Shown: piece after piece, positions 53,141 to 64,000 of the stretch
Layout of the letters: each line of letters opens with the position of its first letter
Position numbering within the stretch: the first letter of the stretch is position 1
Notes under the pieces: generated by a model
Database searches by the model: none
The model's input: only the letters and a program-made list of their open reading frames with translations
Told to the model about the DNA's origin: nothing
NCBI GenBank assembly: GCA_028023455.1
Contig: JAQFVV010000007.1
Span: 10,168,001 to 10,232,000 of the forward strand
Source of the DNA: Epiperipatus broadwayi
Taxonomy: Eukaryota; Animalia; Onychophora
Length of the DNA stretch: 64,000 nucleotides
Direction: 5' to 3'
Position numbers and translations under genes: made by a program

Positions 53141-53811
53141 ATAATAACATTAAATGTAATTATAAACCGCTGAAAAATTTGAAATTATTCAAACGGAAGT
53201 CAGTCTCCGATAATGCGCTATTACTTCTAAATATTATAAATCTCTGCGCACTTATACACCAGTAAGAGTTTAAAAAACTTATGTGAATCACTTGAGTTTA
53301 GAGTACATTTCTAAAAATACACCAACAATCACTGACCGTGCTAAATCAAGGACTGAGTCTGTTGTGTGCCTGATATTATAATCAAATATTAAATTGTACA
53401 AATCTATTTAACCCATCGCAGTAGAAAGTGTCTCATTTTTAACCACCTACGATTAGACAAACATGACTTATAAATGTAAATCTATTACTATAAAGTACTG
53501 AAACTTTAAAATTATTTAAATGGAAGTCAATCTCTGATAATGAGCTACTTCTTAAATATTATAAATCTCCGCATTAAAAAATTTAAGTGAATTACTTAAG
53601 TTTTCCATTTGAATAATTTTAATAATAACATTACTAAATTATAATCTAAAAATGCAAATATACATTTAAAAAAACCACAAATGCATGCATATGAATAAAT
53701 CATCAAGAAAGACATTCTAAAAGAGTGTTTTATGGTGAACTTAGGCATAGTTCATGGGAGGGTACATTCCACATATATTAATAAGGATTATTTTAAAGAT
53801 ATTCTAAATAA

Positions 53812-53891
53812 GTGTTGGTGGTCGAGTGGTCAGCACAGCTGCTTTACAAGCAGTTGTCCTGGGTTAGGGGGTTCGCTTCTTGGCCGATGCT
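53812..53891 (+). pseudogene. Second tRNA-Gly-derived copy, more decayed
   Basis: GTGTTGGTGGTCGAGTGGTCAGCACAGCTGCTTTACAAGCAGTTG...GGTTCGCTTC; shares the non-canonical TTCGCTT T-loop with 18898-18969. Confidence 0.7.
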
Positions 53892-55065
53892 ATGACACAT
53901 GAAAAGAAAAAAAATATTTCCATTGGGAAGATATGGTAGAGTATAGAATACATTGGAAAGTTACAAGTAGTCATGGTGTTAAAGTATTTTAGAACAAAAA
54001 GTTTTCTACTGAAAAAATTAAAAGACAATATCATAAAATATCAAGCAAACAGAGAAATAAACCAGCATGTTCTATATGTGAATGTATTTTGTTTGTATAG
54101 TCTTCATAAAACTCATTTCTAAAATAGTTTCTCTCTTCTCTTTTTTTTTTTTTTGAAGTTAGAATGGCTATGTTTATTTATGAGTGCCTGTTTATTCTCA
54201 TTATATATATATATTCACAAATATATTTATACATTTCATGCAAACATATGTTCATAGCCTTCACAGAAATATATATTTATAGGCTGATTAACTTTTAATT
54301 TAATTTTGTTGTATATGCTAATAAATATTTATGGAAAAAAAATTGCAATAATTTTTGAAATATTTCACTATGGTAAATTAATATTAAAAAATTTAATAAT
54401 TAATTTTTCTACTTGCTTAAATTCATCTATTAATTTATTTTAAAATATCAACCTTGTATAAATGTTTGGGCCAGAAAAATGCTTTCTACATAAAACAAAC
54501 AAACTATATAAGCTAAATACATTAGTTTCTGCCATTTTATAAAAAAGTGACTTGGCTTCTAAATAGGATCTCATGTGCATGCATAATAGAAACCATTTTT
54601 TTTATTATTTTAAAAAAGTAGTGAGGCATATAAAATTTACTAATTTTTGCCTTTAATTCTTCAATAATTATTTTTTTACTACAAGCAGTATATTATTGTT
54701 TTCTATATCTTTTATTTTCAAGTAAAATAAACAGTTATTTTACATTATATATATATATTTACAATTTAGCAATAACATATATTACAAAATATATGTAAAC
54801 TAAAATCTAAAATATTAACTTTATAAATAAATAAATAAAAATTATAAATAGAAGAAATAGATCAAAACCCATTCTTTTGTTAGTAACAAATAAAAACAAG
54901 GTATTTGTCAGAAGTTAAGTTTGATTTGACATTAAATAAATATTTGTTTGATAATTTCTATGTAAAACTATAGAATTGAAATAAAATTACAACATGAACA
55001 TTATGTAATGAAAGAGAAGTATATAATAATAATTTAACAAAAAAAATAATAAAAAAATTAGAATA

Positions 55066-55325
55066 TATAGAGTATGTGAGCACAGACTTTCCCACAACCC
55101 ACCACTCGATCTCATAACACTGATACACTTGAATGCATATATGTCAAAAAGATAAATAATCACCATTATTCATATTTCATGCTAAACAAGCAATCATTAG
55201 TTGGTCCAGATTACCATCTCTACACATATATGCAATAAGTGCTCCGATATATATTAAGATAGCCAATCTTTATACTTTAATGGACAGACTTCAATCCACT
55301 CCACACTCCAACTCTTCAACCATCC
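55066..55325 (-). mobile_element. Family A monomer, degenerate hammerhead
   Basis: Minus CTAATGA-TTGCT-TGTTT-AGCAT-GAAA-TATGAA-TA-ATGGT; the 5' extension matches 35085-35160. Confidence 0.75.
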
Positions 55326-55699
55326 ATCCAATTGAAAATCTGATGATGAAATGCTCAAAGGCCATTCTGAGGCTGAGATTCTCATCACACCCATGTTGAC
55401 CTAAAGTCAATCTGAGCCCTCATATACAAAACATAATTAGACTAAATTTATTCAATAAAAAATACTAATGGCTTTATTGCTTGGGAGTTTATAAGAAATT
55501 CAAGCTCTGGAACTGTCAGTGCCAGAATCTATCCTGATATCTCACCATGCTCTAATAACTGTGCCAAACCATACAAGGTAATTTATGATCTAATAAAAGA
55601 CAATGCTGGACATCCTTATTAACAAGTTTGGTCTTATTTATTTACTGCTCAATTTTTCAAAAAAAAAAAAAAAAAATAGTGTGATCTATGAAATAGAAT

Positions 55700-56400
55700 T
55701 GGAACTAAAATCTAAATTTTTAAAAATATTGATAAAATAAATATTAGTATATTTTTAATTCATGATTTTGTCAATAACAAATGCAATGGGACAAAAGTGA
55801 GAGCACCATTCAAGAAAGGTATTAAAGTGTATTTATCACTTTTTTATATATTTATATAAAGTTATTTTTAAAAAGCAAATACAATCCATTCACTCAGAAT
55901 CTGCAACTGTATGACATCTTGGCCATTTAGTAAAAACTCATCTCATTACAAGATGTTTCTTTTTATGGACAACTCACTGACTCTTATCAGCCATATTAAT
56001 CATCTGAAAAATATTTATTTGGTGATTATTGGACAACTTTTTGGGATATCTATTATTCATCTATATAAAAAATCCTTACTTGGAATGTTTGGAGTGTCTA
56101 TTTTTCTAAGCACTAAATTAAAGTATAAGCTATTACTATTATTAATTTACATCAATATGTCTATTGGTATATAAAATCCTTGATAAATCATAAGAATATC
56201 CCAGTGAATTAAGACCTATAAAATTAGAAGATATAAGATGCAAAGTTTTTAATAGATTTTATCATAACATCATCAGTGGAATTATATTCAAATAGTTTAC
56301 AGAAATCATTTATAGTAGCATGCTTATAATTATTGCATATAGAATTCCAATCAATTGCATTACTCTAGGACAACATTTATGTGTTGCAGAGAATATGTGG
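55700..56400 (+). mobile_element. Decayed non-LTR RT relic (tentative)
   Basis: Remnants resembling QG.VLS..LF.IYI, LF.DD and KYLGV..D.KL.W in order. Confidence 0.4.
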
Positions 56401-56998
56401 TTATATATAGTGTAGGGATTGTTATGGCTCATTCCTCACAGTTGATTATGATATCTATAAAAAAAGATGAAAGAAAAGCAGACATTTCTTTTTTATATAT
56501 ATTCCTCAAAATGTTAGGAAGTAAGCAAAAATAACACATGGTTTAACCCAAAATCTACTTAATATATATATAATTGGATCAATCAATAACATAATCTCAA
56601 TTTTGCTTTTATATAAGTTAGTCAGAACAATGTTTACTATTTACATATGTATTTTATCCTCATCAGATGAACCACAAGTTTGAATATCTGATTTCCACAC
56701 CAGAAGAATAAAAAGACTTTATATTTTTGGACTTGTTTCATTTTAAAATATGAATAAATTCTCAGTTCATTGCAAATGTATAGAGTTTAAATTAATAATG
56801 TGATATTAAACACACAATACCCTAGGTTGGGGTGAATTACATCTCATTTTTCAAGTTCTATATGAAAGTTGGGGCCATTATATTGTAAGCAAGATGAAAT
56901 GTGACTGATTCTCCTCCAGATTGCCTGAAGCATCACCTATAAATCAATGTAGGTGTTATACAGTGAACTAGCTTAGCTATTCATTACAAAGAGTTTAG

Positions 56999-57610
56999 GT
57001 ATTAAACCACTAAACATCATATGGTCACTATTTCTTATGCTTGCTCATAACTGTTAGTAAAACAGGCAAAACTCTCCATACAGTAGTGCCACCCAGTGCA
57101 AGCCAGAATATTCAATGGATGCCAAAAGGCTTGTGCATAAAATCCCTATCTAGTGCCTACTAATCCAATATCCCCAGACTAGTTTCTAGCTTGTGGCTTT
57201 CATCAGTGAGGAGCCTTGGATCTGTGTGGGGAGTTTTGCCTGTTTTAATAACAGTTATGAACAAGCATAAGAAATGGTGATCATGTGATGTTTAGTGGTG
57301 TAATACAATTCTGCATAATAGGATAGTGGTGGCTATGGTTATTAAAGAACCAAAGACACCAAAATGTTTGGGTACTGAACTGACTTCAGACCTATATGAC
57401 TATATAAGCTAATGAGCTTATATTGAAAATATTATGGTGTTTTCAATTTTATTCTCATAGTTTTGTAGTTAAGTAGAGATAAAAGATGGCTACTGGAGGG
57501 TTGCATTAGATCCTAAGATCTAGATGCAGTGCTCAAACCTTTTAGAATCGATTGATTACTCTGTCTTGCATTGAGTGGCACTACAGTATGGATAGTTTTG
57601 CTTGTTTTAA
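56999..57610. mobile_element. Family B composite locus covering almost a whole monomer, with near-intact minus-strand hammerhead
   Basis: Minus: CTCCTCA-CTGATGA(57206-57200)-AAGC-CACAA-GCTA-GAAA-CTAG-TC-TGGGGA; 6-bp stem I with one G-U pair; palindromic CTAG stem III. Plus arm 57225-57540. Confidence 0.9.
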
Positions 57611-57689
57611 AGAGTTTAAGTTCTAGCATATCTGGATTACAGGTTACAACATGCAATGTGACATTGTCTTTTGTACCTGAAGCAAAGTT

Positions 57690-57900
57690 CTAATATTAAA
57701 TTTGATTTTAAATTTGGGAATAACTGCTATTGAAACCTTTGAAGTGATCCAAACTATGTATATGAGTTCATTCATGAATAACAAGTCATTTTCAAGATTT
57801 TGTGATGATGGGGAGAACATTTAAAACAATTAACAGAAATATGGAAAACACTATTATATTTTCTGCTATCTTAGTGTGCTACCACTTTAAAATTTTTATA
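57690..57900 (+). mobile_element. Mariner N-terminal relic
   Basis: NIKFDFKFG then TAIETFEVIQTMY, and RFCDDG. Confidence 0.6.
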
Positions 57901-58049
57901 GTAAGCAAATAAATTATATTTTTATGTAACACAAGCCTTGTTTTAGGGATGTCTTTCAAAACAGTTTGGAGAGGGAACCCGACTTTTTTAATTGGGACAG
58001 CTATAGAAATAAAGATAAAAATTATGCTAATAATCTTTGAATCTGACTG

Positions 58050-58290
58050 GTTAAACCACTAAGCATTACATGATCATCACTTCTTATGCTTGCTTATAAC
58101 TGTTATTAAAACAGGCATAACTCTCCATGCAGTAGTGCTGCTCAGTGCAAGCCAGAGTGCCAGAAGGCTTGTGCATAAAATCCCTATCTAGAGTGTACTC
58201 ATCCAATATCCCCAGACTAGTTTCTAGTGTATTACTCTGACTTGCACTGAATGACACTACTGTAAGGAGAGTTTTGCCTGTTTTAATCTG
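58050..58290. mobile_element. Family B inverted dimer; left arm breaks inside the hammerhead
   Basis: ..CCCCAGACTAGTTTCTA is joined to the plus-strand segment TTACTCTGACTTGCACTG..GGAGAGTTTTGCCTGTTTTAAT. Confidence 0.8.
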
Positions 58291-58439
58291 ACAGGTTACA
58301 TATAGTCCAAACACTAAAAAATAATTATTACATATACATATATTCTTTATAATGTTCTGTATTCAGCTTTTGTAAAATTTAGAATAAATAGTATGTAATT
58401 TATATTTTTTTCTACAAGGTGTATGTTTAATATCACTTC

Positions 58440-59617
58440 ATTAGTAAATAAATCAAGTTATACATCATGTGACTTAATTTAATAAGCTTGGTATTTACAA
58501 ATGTAATATAATGAGCATTCTTAAAGCTCTAAAAAAGCTCCCCCCCAATAAATGCTACAAGAGAAACCATTTAAAATCTTTTTCTAGAATTATTTTTTAT
58601 CTTTATCTGTAAACCAGTTTTGATCTGATGGCTTTCATCAGTGAGACACTAGCACATTCAACACTAGATCTAAAATACAATCTCAAGCCCAACATTTATC
58701 AAATTCTTAACTATTAAATAAAAAATCTGAAAATTTCAGACAATCTACATGTCTTCAAATCCAGCTATTTAACTTAAATAGCTATATGGGACTGAATAAT
58801 TTTCAGATATACTATATATTAACAGCCTTAGCAATATAATATTGCCAAAGTCTCAAAAGTTAACTATAATAGTAAACTAATCAAGTTACATAGAATGTGA
58901 CTTAATTTACTAAGCTTGTATTTACAATTGTAATATAACAAGTATGCTAATAGATCTAAACAATCTTTTTTATATTTAAGTTAGATCGAGTTAATAGTTA
59001 AGTATTCAATAACAGCTGGGCCTGAGTGTCTATTTGAGATCAAGTACCTGAATGTGCTAGTGCCTTACTGATGAGAGCCATCAGCTCAAAAACAGTTTGG
59101 GGATAGTGATAATTCCAGATAGAGATTTTAAATGTGTTCTCTTGTGACATTTATAAAAAAACTTGTTTAGAGCTATTAGCATGCTCATTATATTACATTT
59201 GTGAATACAAGCATATTAAATAAAGTTATGTGATGCATGACTTGATTTATTTACTATTATAGTTTGGCTTCTGAGACTTTAGTGATATTATATTACTAAG
59301 CTGTTAATATAAGGTGTATCTGAATTTAGTTCAGTTCCATATGACTATTTAAGTTAGGTGGCTGGATTTGAAGATATGTACATGTATAAAAATTTCCAGA
59401 TTTTCTACTTAATAGTAAGTATTCAATAAATGCTGGGCTTGAGTTTGTATTTTAGATCTAGGGTCTAAATGTCCTAGCTCCTCACTGATGAAAGCTATCA
59501 GCTTGAAAACAATTTGGCAATAATTCTAGATAGAGATTTTAAATGCTTTCTCTTATGGCATTTAACCAGAAAAAAAAGCTTGTTTAGAGTTATTAGCATG
59601 CACATTATATTACACCT
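58440..59617. mobile_element. Family D retrozyme-like locus: tandem 417-bp monomers with hammerheads, in inverted arms
   Basis: Plus arm has CTGATGA at 59068 and 59485 (417 bp apart; stems GAGC/GCTC and AAGCT/AGCTT). The minus arm 58440-58962 has an HHR at 58635-58641 and a repeat period of about 420 bp. Confidence 0.9.
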
Positions 59618-60639
59618 TATTAGTTTATACATACATAATATTTGTGATACATAGAAAATATATTCCTACATTAAAATAAAACAAATATTTATAATATACA
59701 CTAAAAATGTCATCCTGCTATTTTGATGTTGAAATCAAATCCTTAGTTCATTTGAAAAGTGAATGATGACACTTAAAATATATGTATAATAAATGAGGAT
59801 TGGTTTGTATTTTTATACTAGACAATGGTTTATATCCTAAGATAGAAGCAAACATGAGTATATATCTTTGAATCTTGATTATATATACTTTCCAAGCATT
59901 TATATACTTTCAGTATTTGATTTTAATATTAAACTATTATTCTATATCAGAATATAATAAATTGGATTTGATTTGGTAGAAATTTACATTTACAACTGAA
60001 ATAAATTGTAAAAAATCATATTTAAACTTTGAAAATATTGTAAAAGATTGAAATAAAAAGAAAGAACATTTTCATCAATCAGTGGCTAGAAGGAGTAGAT
60101 TGATTTCATAAAATCTACCATTGTTTTTTTAATTGACATACCAACATCTGATAAATCTATCAAATTATTCTTTAAAATATGAGTTTTTAAAAATAATTTT
60201 TACAATATTGTAATACATTCTAAAAGATGGTGAGTGATGACATTAGTGATCAGTTTGAAAAGATGATGTTTATTGGAACTCCATAATTTGTTTCATTAAC
60301 ATTATGCTAGCATTTAATACTTCTATTTTTTAAAATAGAACATATGCATATAAAATAAATGTGTAATCATGCACATTTTTGATTTTTAATAATTATTACA
60401 CAATTATTTTACTATTTAAATAAATGTTATGGACATTCATATGGAAAAGATAGTCTTAATAATTTAAACTTTGATTTTATTAATACTTAGAATGCTATTG
60501 ATATGTAAAATATAATATTCATATTATTCTAATTTTTTTAGTGCTCTCAATTTTTATGTCCAAATAGTAATTGTTTACATATTCAAAAATATTTAAATGT
60601 ATTTAAATAGCCCATTTTTTTAAAAAAAAGAATGCTTGT

Positions 60640-63450
60640 ATTTTTTCTGTTTATTGAAAATCAGTATTTTACTATTGCCCAAGTCTCCATAATCTTTTAT
60701 TTTTTATTCTCCCACTTAAAGCAAACAATTCCAGTCTTTGATAAATCACATTTATGCCCAGATTTCTGTTTGTGGTATGTAAATATTGAAGCATATTCCT
60801 TACTTAAGTGCTGTATTGAATAGGCTAATCTAGTGGAGAGATTAGCCTCAAATTACACATAGGTTGGTTGCATTAAATTTTGTAAACAATTTGGTATGCT
60901 GATTCTGCATGAAGTTTGTCCTTTGAATTGTTAAGCAGTTTGTTTAGTGAAAGGGGAATTTGAAAACTAATGTTATATTTTTTCTACACATATTCTTTTT
61001 AATTTTTGTGATACTTTGGGAATATATGGAAGGCTAATCCATTTTTTAGTCTCCATTTGTTGAGGTTGAGGTTTTTTTATTTTGTTGTAAAATTTATTAA
61101 TGGTATTAATAATTTTATTATGACTGCATCTTAACTGTAGTAAGTTTTAGACATATATATCTGTATTGTTTTTTCTATTGACCTCGAATTTGCACAATTT
61201 ATAAATTCTATGTAAAATATCTTTTATACAAGCAAATTAATGTGACATTGGTGTTAAAGACTTGGAGTGGATCCCTCCTCTTATATTTATTGGGTATACT
61301 ATCATTTTTAGTTCAACAAATTAAAGTGTCTCTGAACATTCAGATACAAAAATTTTATTTCTTGATCTTAGTCTTTTTTTTCCACACTCCAAGTTAGAGA
61401 TAAAACTTGTTCTAGTCCTTGACACTTTCTTATAATTTATGCTTTTGTTGAACAAATTAATATATCATCTATTATAATGGTCGAATATGAAAGTGAAGAT
61501 TTCCAGTCTTACCGTATCTGCCGACAGGGCGCCACTAGATCATTTGAACCTAGAAAATTTATAAAGTAGACAGATATGAGCTGTTAAGATCACAACCACC
61601 AGCCCTAGTCACTAGCTCATGAAGTAGCAGAGATTTAAAACATTTATTAAATAGATTTCTTTTAATAAACAATAATAAAAGCAATCACTGTCAGTAGTAA
61701 TAACACAAAAAGATTTTATTCACGTATATATATATATATATATATATATAAGTGACGATACACAAACTTGAAAAATAATTATAAAAAAAGAATTATGTTT
61801 GTTTCATTATTATCTACTATTATTTTTATTTGTTTTAACTTTTATTTTTAATCTTAGAAATGTTGAGTATAGATGAGCTACCCAGACGATGCATTTAAAA
61901 GACTTTCAAACATTTGATTCCAGGCTAAAGGTCTGCAGCCACGCCAACACTCACTTCCAGATATATATCAGCAACCAATGCAATGTGAACATGTTAGCAC
62001 AGAATCACACTGACAGGAATGTGCATCTGAACAGTGTGATATTATTTGAAGAAACATGACCTTTGTCAGTACAGGAATTTACATCTGTCTGACTAAGGAA
62101 TCATGCATGTAATATAATAAAAGAATAACGCTTCATGTGGATGGAAGAATGGTCTACTTGCCATGCTTATTCTCCCAGTCCATAGATCTGGAATGGGTCA
62201 ACACACAGGAAATATGTCTGTATCCATTTCAATGATATGACTACCTCTTTGGGGTCTTGCATTTAGTTGGACTCATCATCCTAGGTGCTAACACACTTAA
62301 CATTACATTAATATAAACATCCATATATCTCTCCACCAGCATTGACACAACTACGAAACACTCCGAAATCAAAACCCCTTTAAAACTAACATATCTTTAA
62401 ACGAGTCTAGCAGTCATCTACGCTCAACTAACATTTAAATCATTTTATTAATTTAATTCTAAAAAAAAAATCTTTAGTTTAAGGTTTTAAAATCATTTCA
62501 AAATGACACATTATATTTAACTTATTTTTTTTTTTACTACAAATATTATTTAACCTACTTTTCTTTTAAATGTAATAATGCACAAATAATGATAACTATT
62601 TTCATCTTTAAATTTAAGTTTGCAATCGCAAACCCCTACCCTATTACAAACAGATATTAAGCATGAATAAATAAAAGAAAAACAATACATATTTTAGGAA
62701 ATTACATTTCAAACTTTAGATAAGCCTTTTAAAATTTCAAAGTTTATAAAATAAAGTTCTGTTTTGATTTGGAAAAAAAGTTTATAGTTCATATTTAAAT
62801 AAAATTAAAGTTCGGAGATTTTAGATTGAAGAGTTTATATTTCATATTTATAATTTATACTTTCCTTCCTCCATGCTCGTTCCTTTGTGACAAAGATCTG
62901 AGTTATGCAAGGGCCATTTCTTGCGAATGTTGACGATTTTATTAAGATTTCCGAAGACGTTTTATGAAGACAGTTCCAGTGGTTCAATCCTGGGATCTGT
63001 GGAGATGAAGGCTGCCTTTGGCTGGCCATATCGAAGGAAGCACGATGAAGCTGATTACATCTTGGGTGATGGCAATAATAGCTTTTTAAATTTTTATTTC
63101 TACTTTTAGCAAAGATGAATGAATTTAAATTTTTAATTTTCTAATTCTCTAACTAATTATTTCTTTTTAATTCTTCATTTTATAGTCCTCAGGCACCTTA
63201 TCTCTGGAATGCAGGATCAATCAAACATATTCCATATCTCTATTTTATTGGTTTATTGAGTTTGTGACCAAGTAGATTTTGGCTTTCTGCCTACCTGGAT
63301 TTTTTCACTGAGGTCTGTGTCTATATCTTTGGGCGGGGAAAGCAAATCTTTTGATTCTATTCAACCTTTCTAATACTCATTTTCCCCCAAGGATCTGTTT
63401 GTAATTTTTATTTTTAAGATTAAAACTCTCTTCATTATTTAAAGATTAGA
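60640..63450 (-). mobile_element. Decayed Penelope-like element with RT and GIY-YIG endonuclease
   Basis: Minus-strand motifs in order: IYGL..RP (about 62170), IDDILI (61455-61472), ACIKDILHRIYKLC, LPYIPKVSQKLKRI (about 61015-61033), SKDK..IVYKI*C..TYV..LSTRL..H (about 60890), GHKCDLSKTGI..KIMETWAI (about 60755). The portion above about 61500 is assigned by contiguity. Confidence 0.8.
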
Positions 63451-64000
63451 ATCTTTGTTTCGATTCTATAATTTTTTTAAAGTTTATTTTATTTTAATAT
63501 TTCAATCAAACATATTAATAAATTAATAATTCGTTATTTGTGCATTTGGAAAGTTTGTGTTTTTAATTCTGTATTAGATATTTACAAAAAAGTTAAGTAT
63601 AAGTTAAGTATTAAAATTTAAATGTAACGCATATATATATCCCATTACACTATGTACCTGACATACAGGATATTTGTGTTCAAAGCCAACATTTTTGAAA
63701 TAATAATATTTTTAATTTTTGTGAGAAATAAACCACAAATAATACAACTAATTGGTCATCCATGTTTCATTCTATAATATTTTTCATATGCTATGGCTGT
63801 GATGTCTCTATCATCCCATTTAGGACATCCAAGATGAATTATTTTTTGTGTGTGACTCATAATTAATATTCTGTAAAAGATCATCTATGATTTCAATTGT
63901 ACAAAAAATTGTGAATCTTAATAAATTTTGCATTATCCCAAAAAATTTTTTGAAGCAATCTCATAAAACATGAAATCTGAGAACTATAAAAGAAATTCCT

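Noticed and set aside
55338-55352. CTGATGATGAAA as a hammerhead
   Set aside because: No stem II between the core halves and no stem I pairing.
61640-61860. Retained spliceosomal intron within the PLE copies
   Set aside because: An AT-rich spacer is present in both copies and AG acceptors exist, but there is no conserved canonical donor; it cannot be supported.
62873-63078. Plus-strand frame with five in-frame TGA codons (selenoprotein or TGA=Trp code)
   Set aside because: It lies antisense within the PLE-like relic, I found no SECIS or recognisable homology, and other elements in the window read with the standard code.

Overview
Very AT-rich (roughly 70% by eye), CpG-depleted, repeat-dense eukaryotic DNA, probably from an invertebrate; the taxon cannot be determined. 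I can support no intact host protein-coding gene. The ORF-track hits that I could assign are transposon relics, their antisense frames, or low-complexity sequence; the rest are unassigned short ORFs. Ordinary components are decayed RTE and other non-LTR LINEs, mariner relics, one hAT MITE with an 8-bp TSD, tRNA-Gly retrocopies and microsatellites. The main signal is a dense population of hammerhead-ribozyme (HHR) elements. I count about 24 type-I minimal HHR motifs (CTGAnGA-stem II-GAAA-short stem III-UH), about half with an intact or near-intact core, in at least six sequence families. Most sit in head-to-head inverted dimers, one lies downstream of a tRNA-derived SINE head, and two related families show retrozyme-like tandem or circular monomers of about 417 and 450 nt. 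Up to five decayed Penelope-like element (PLE) RT/GIY-YIG copies, the expected mobilisers, lie among them. All alignments and folds were done by eye, so element boundaries are approximate unless a TSD is given.
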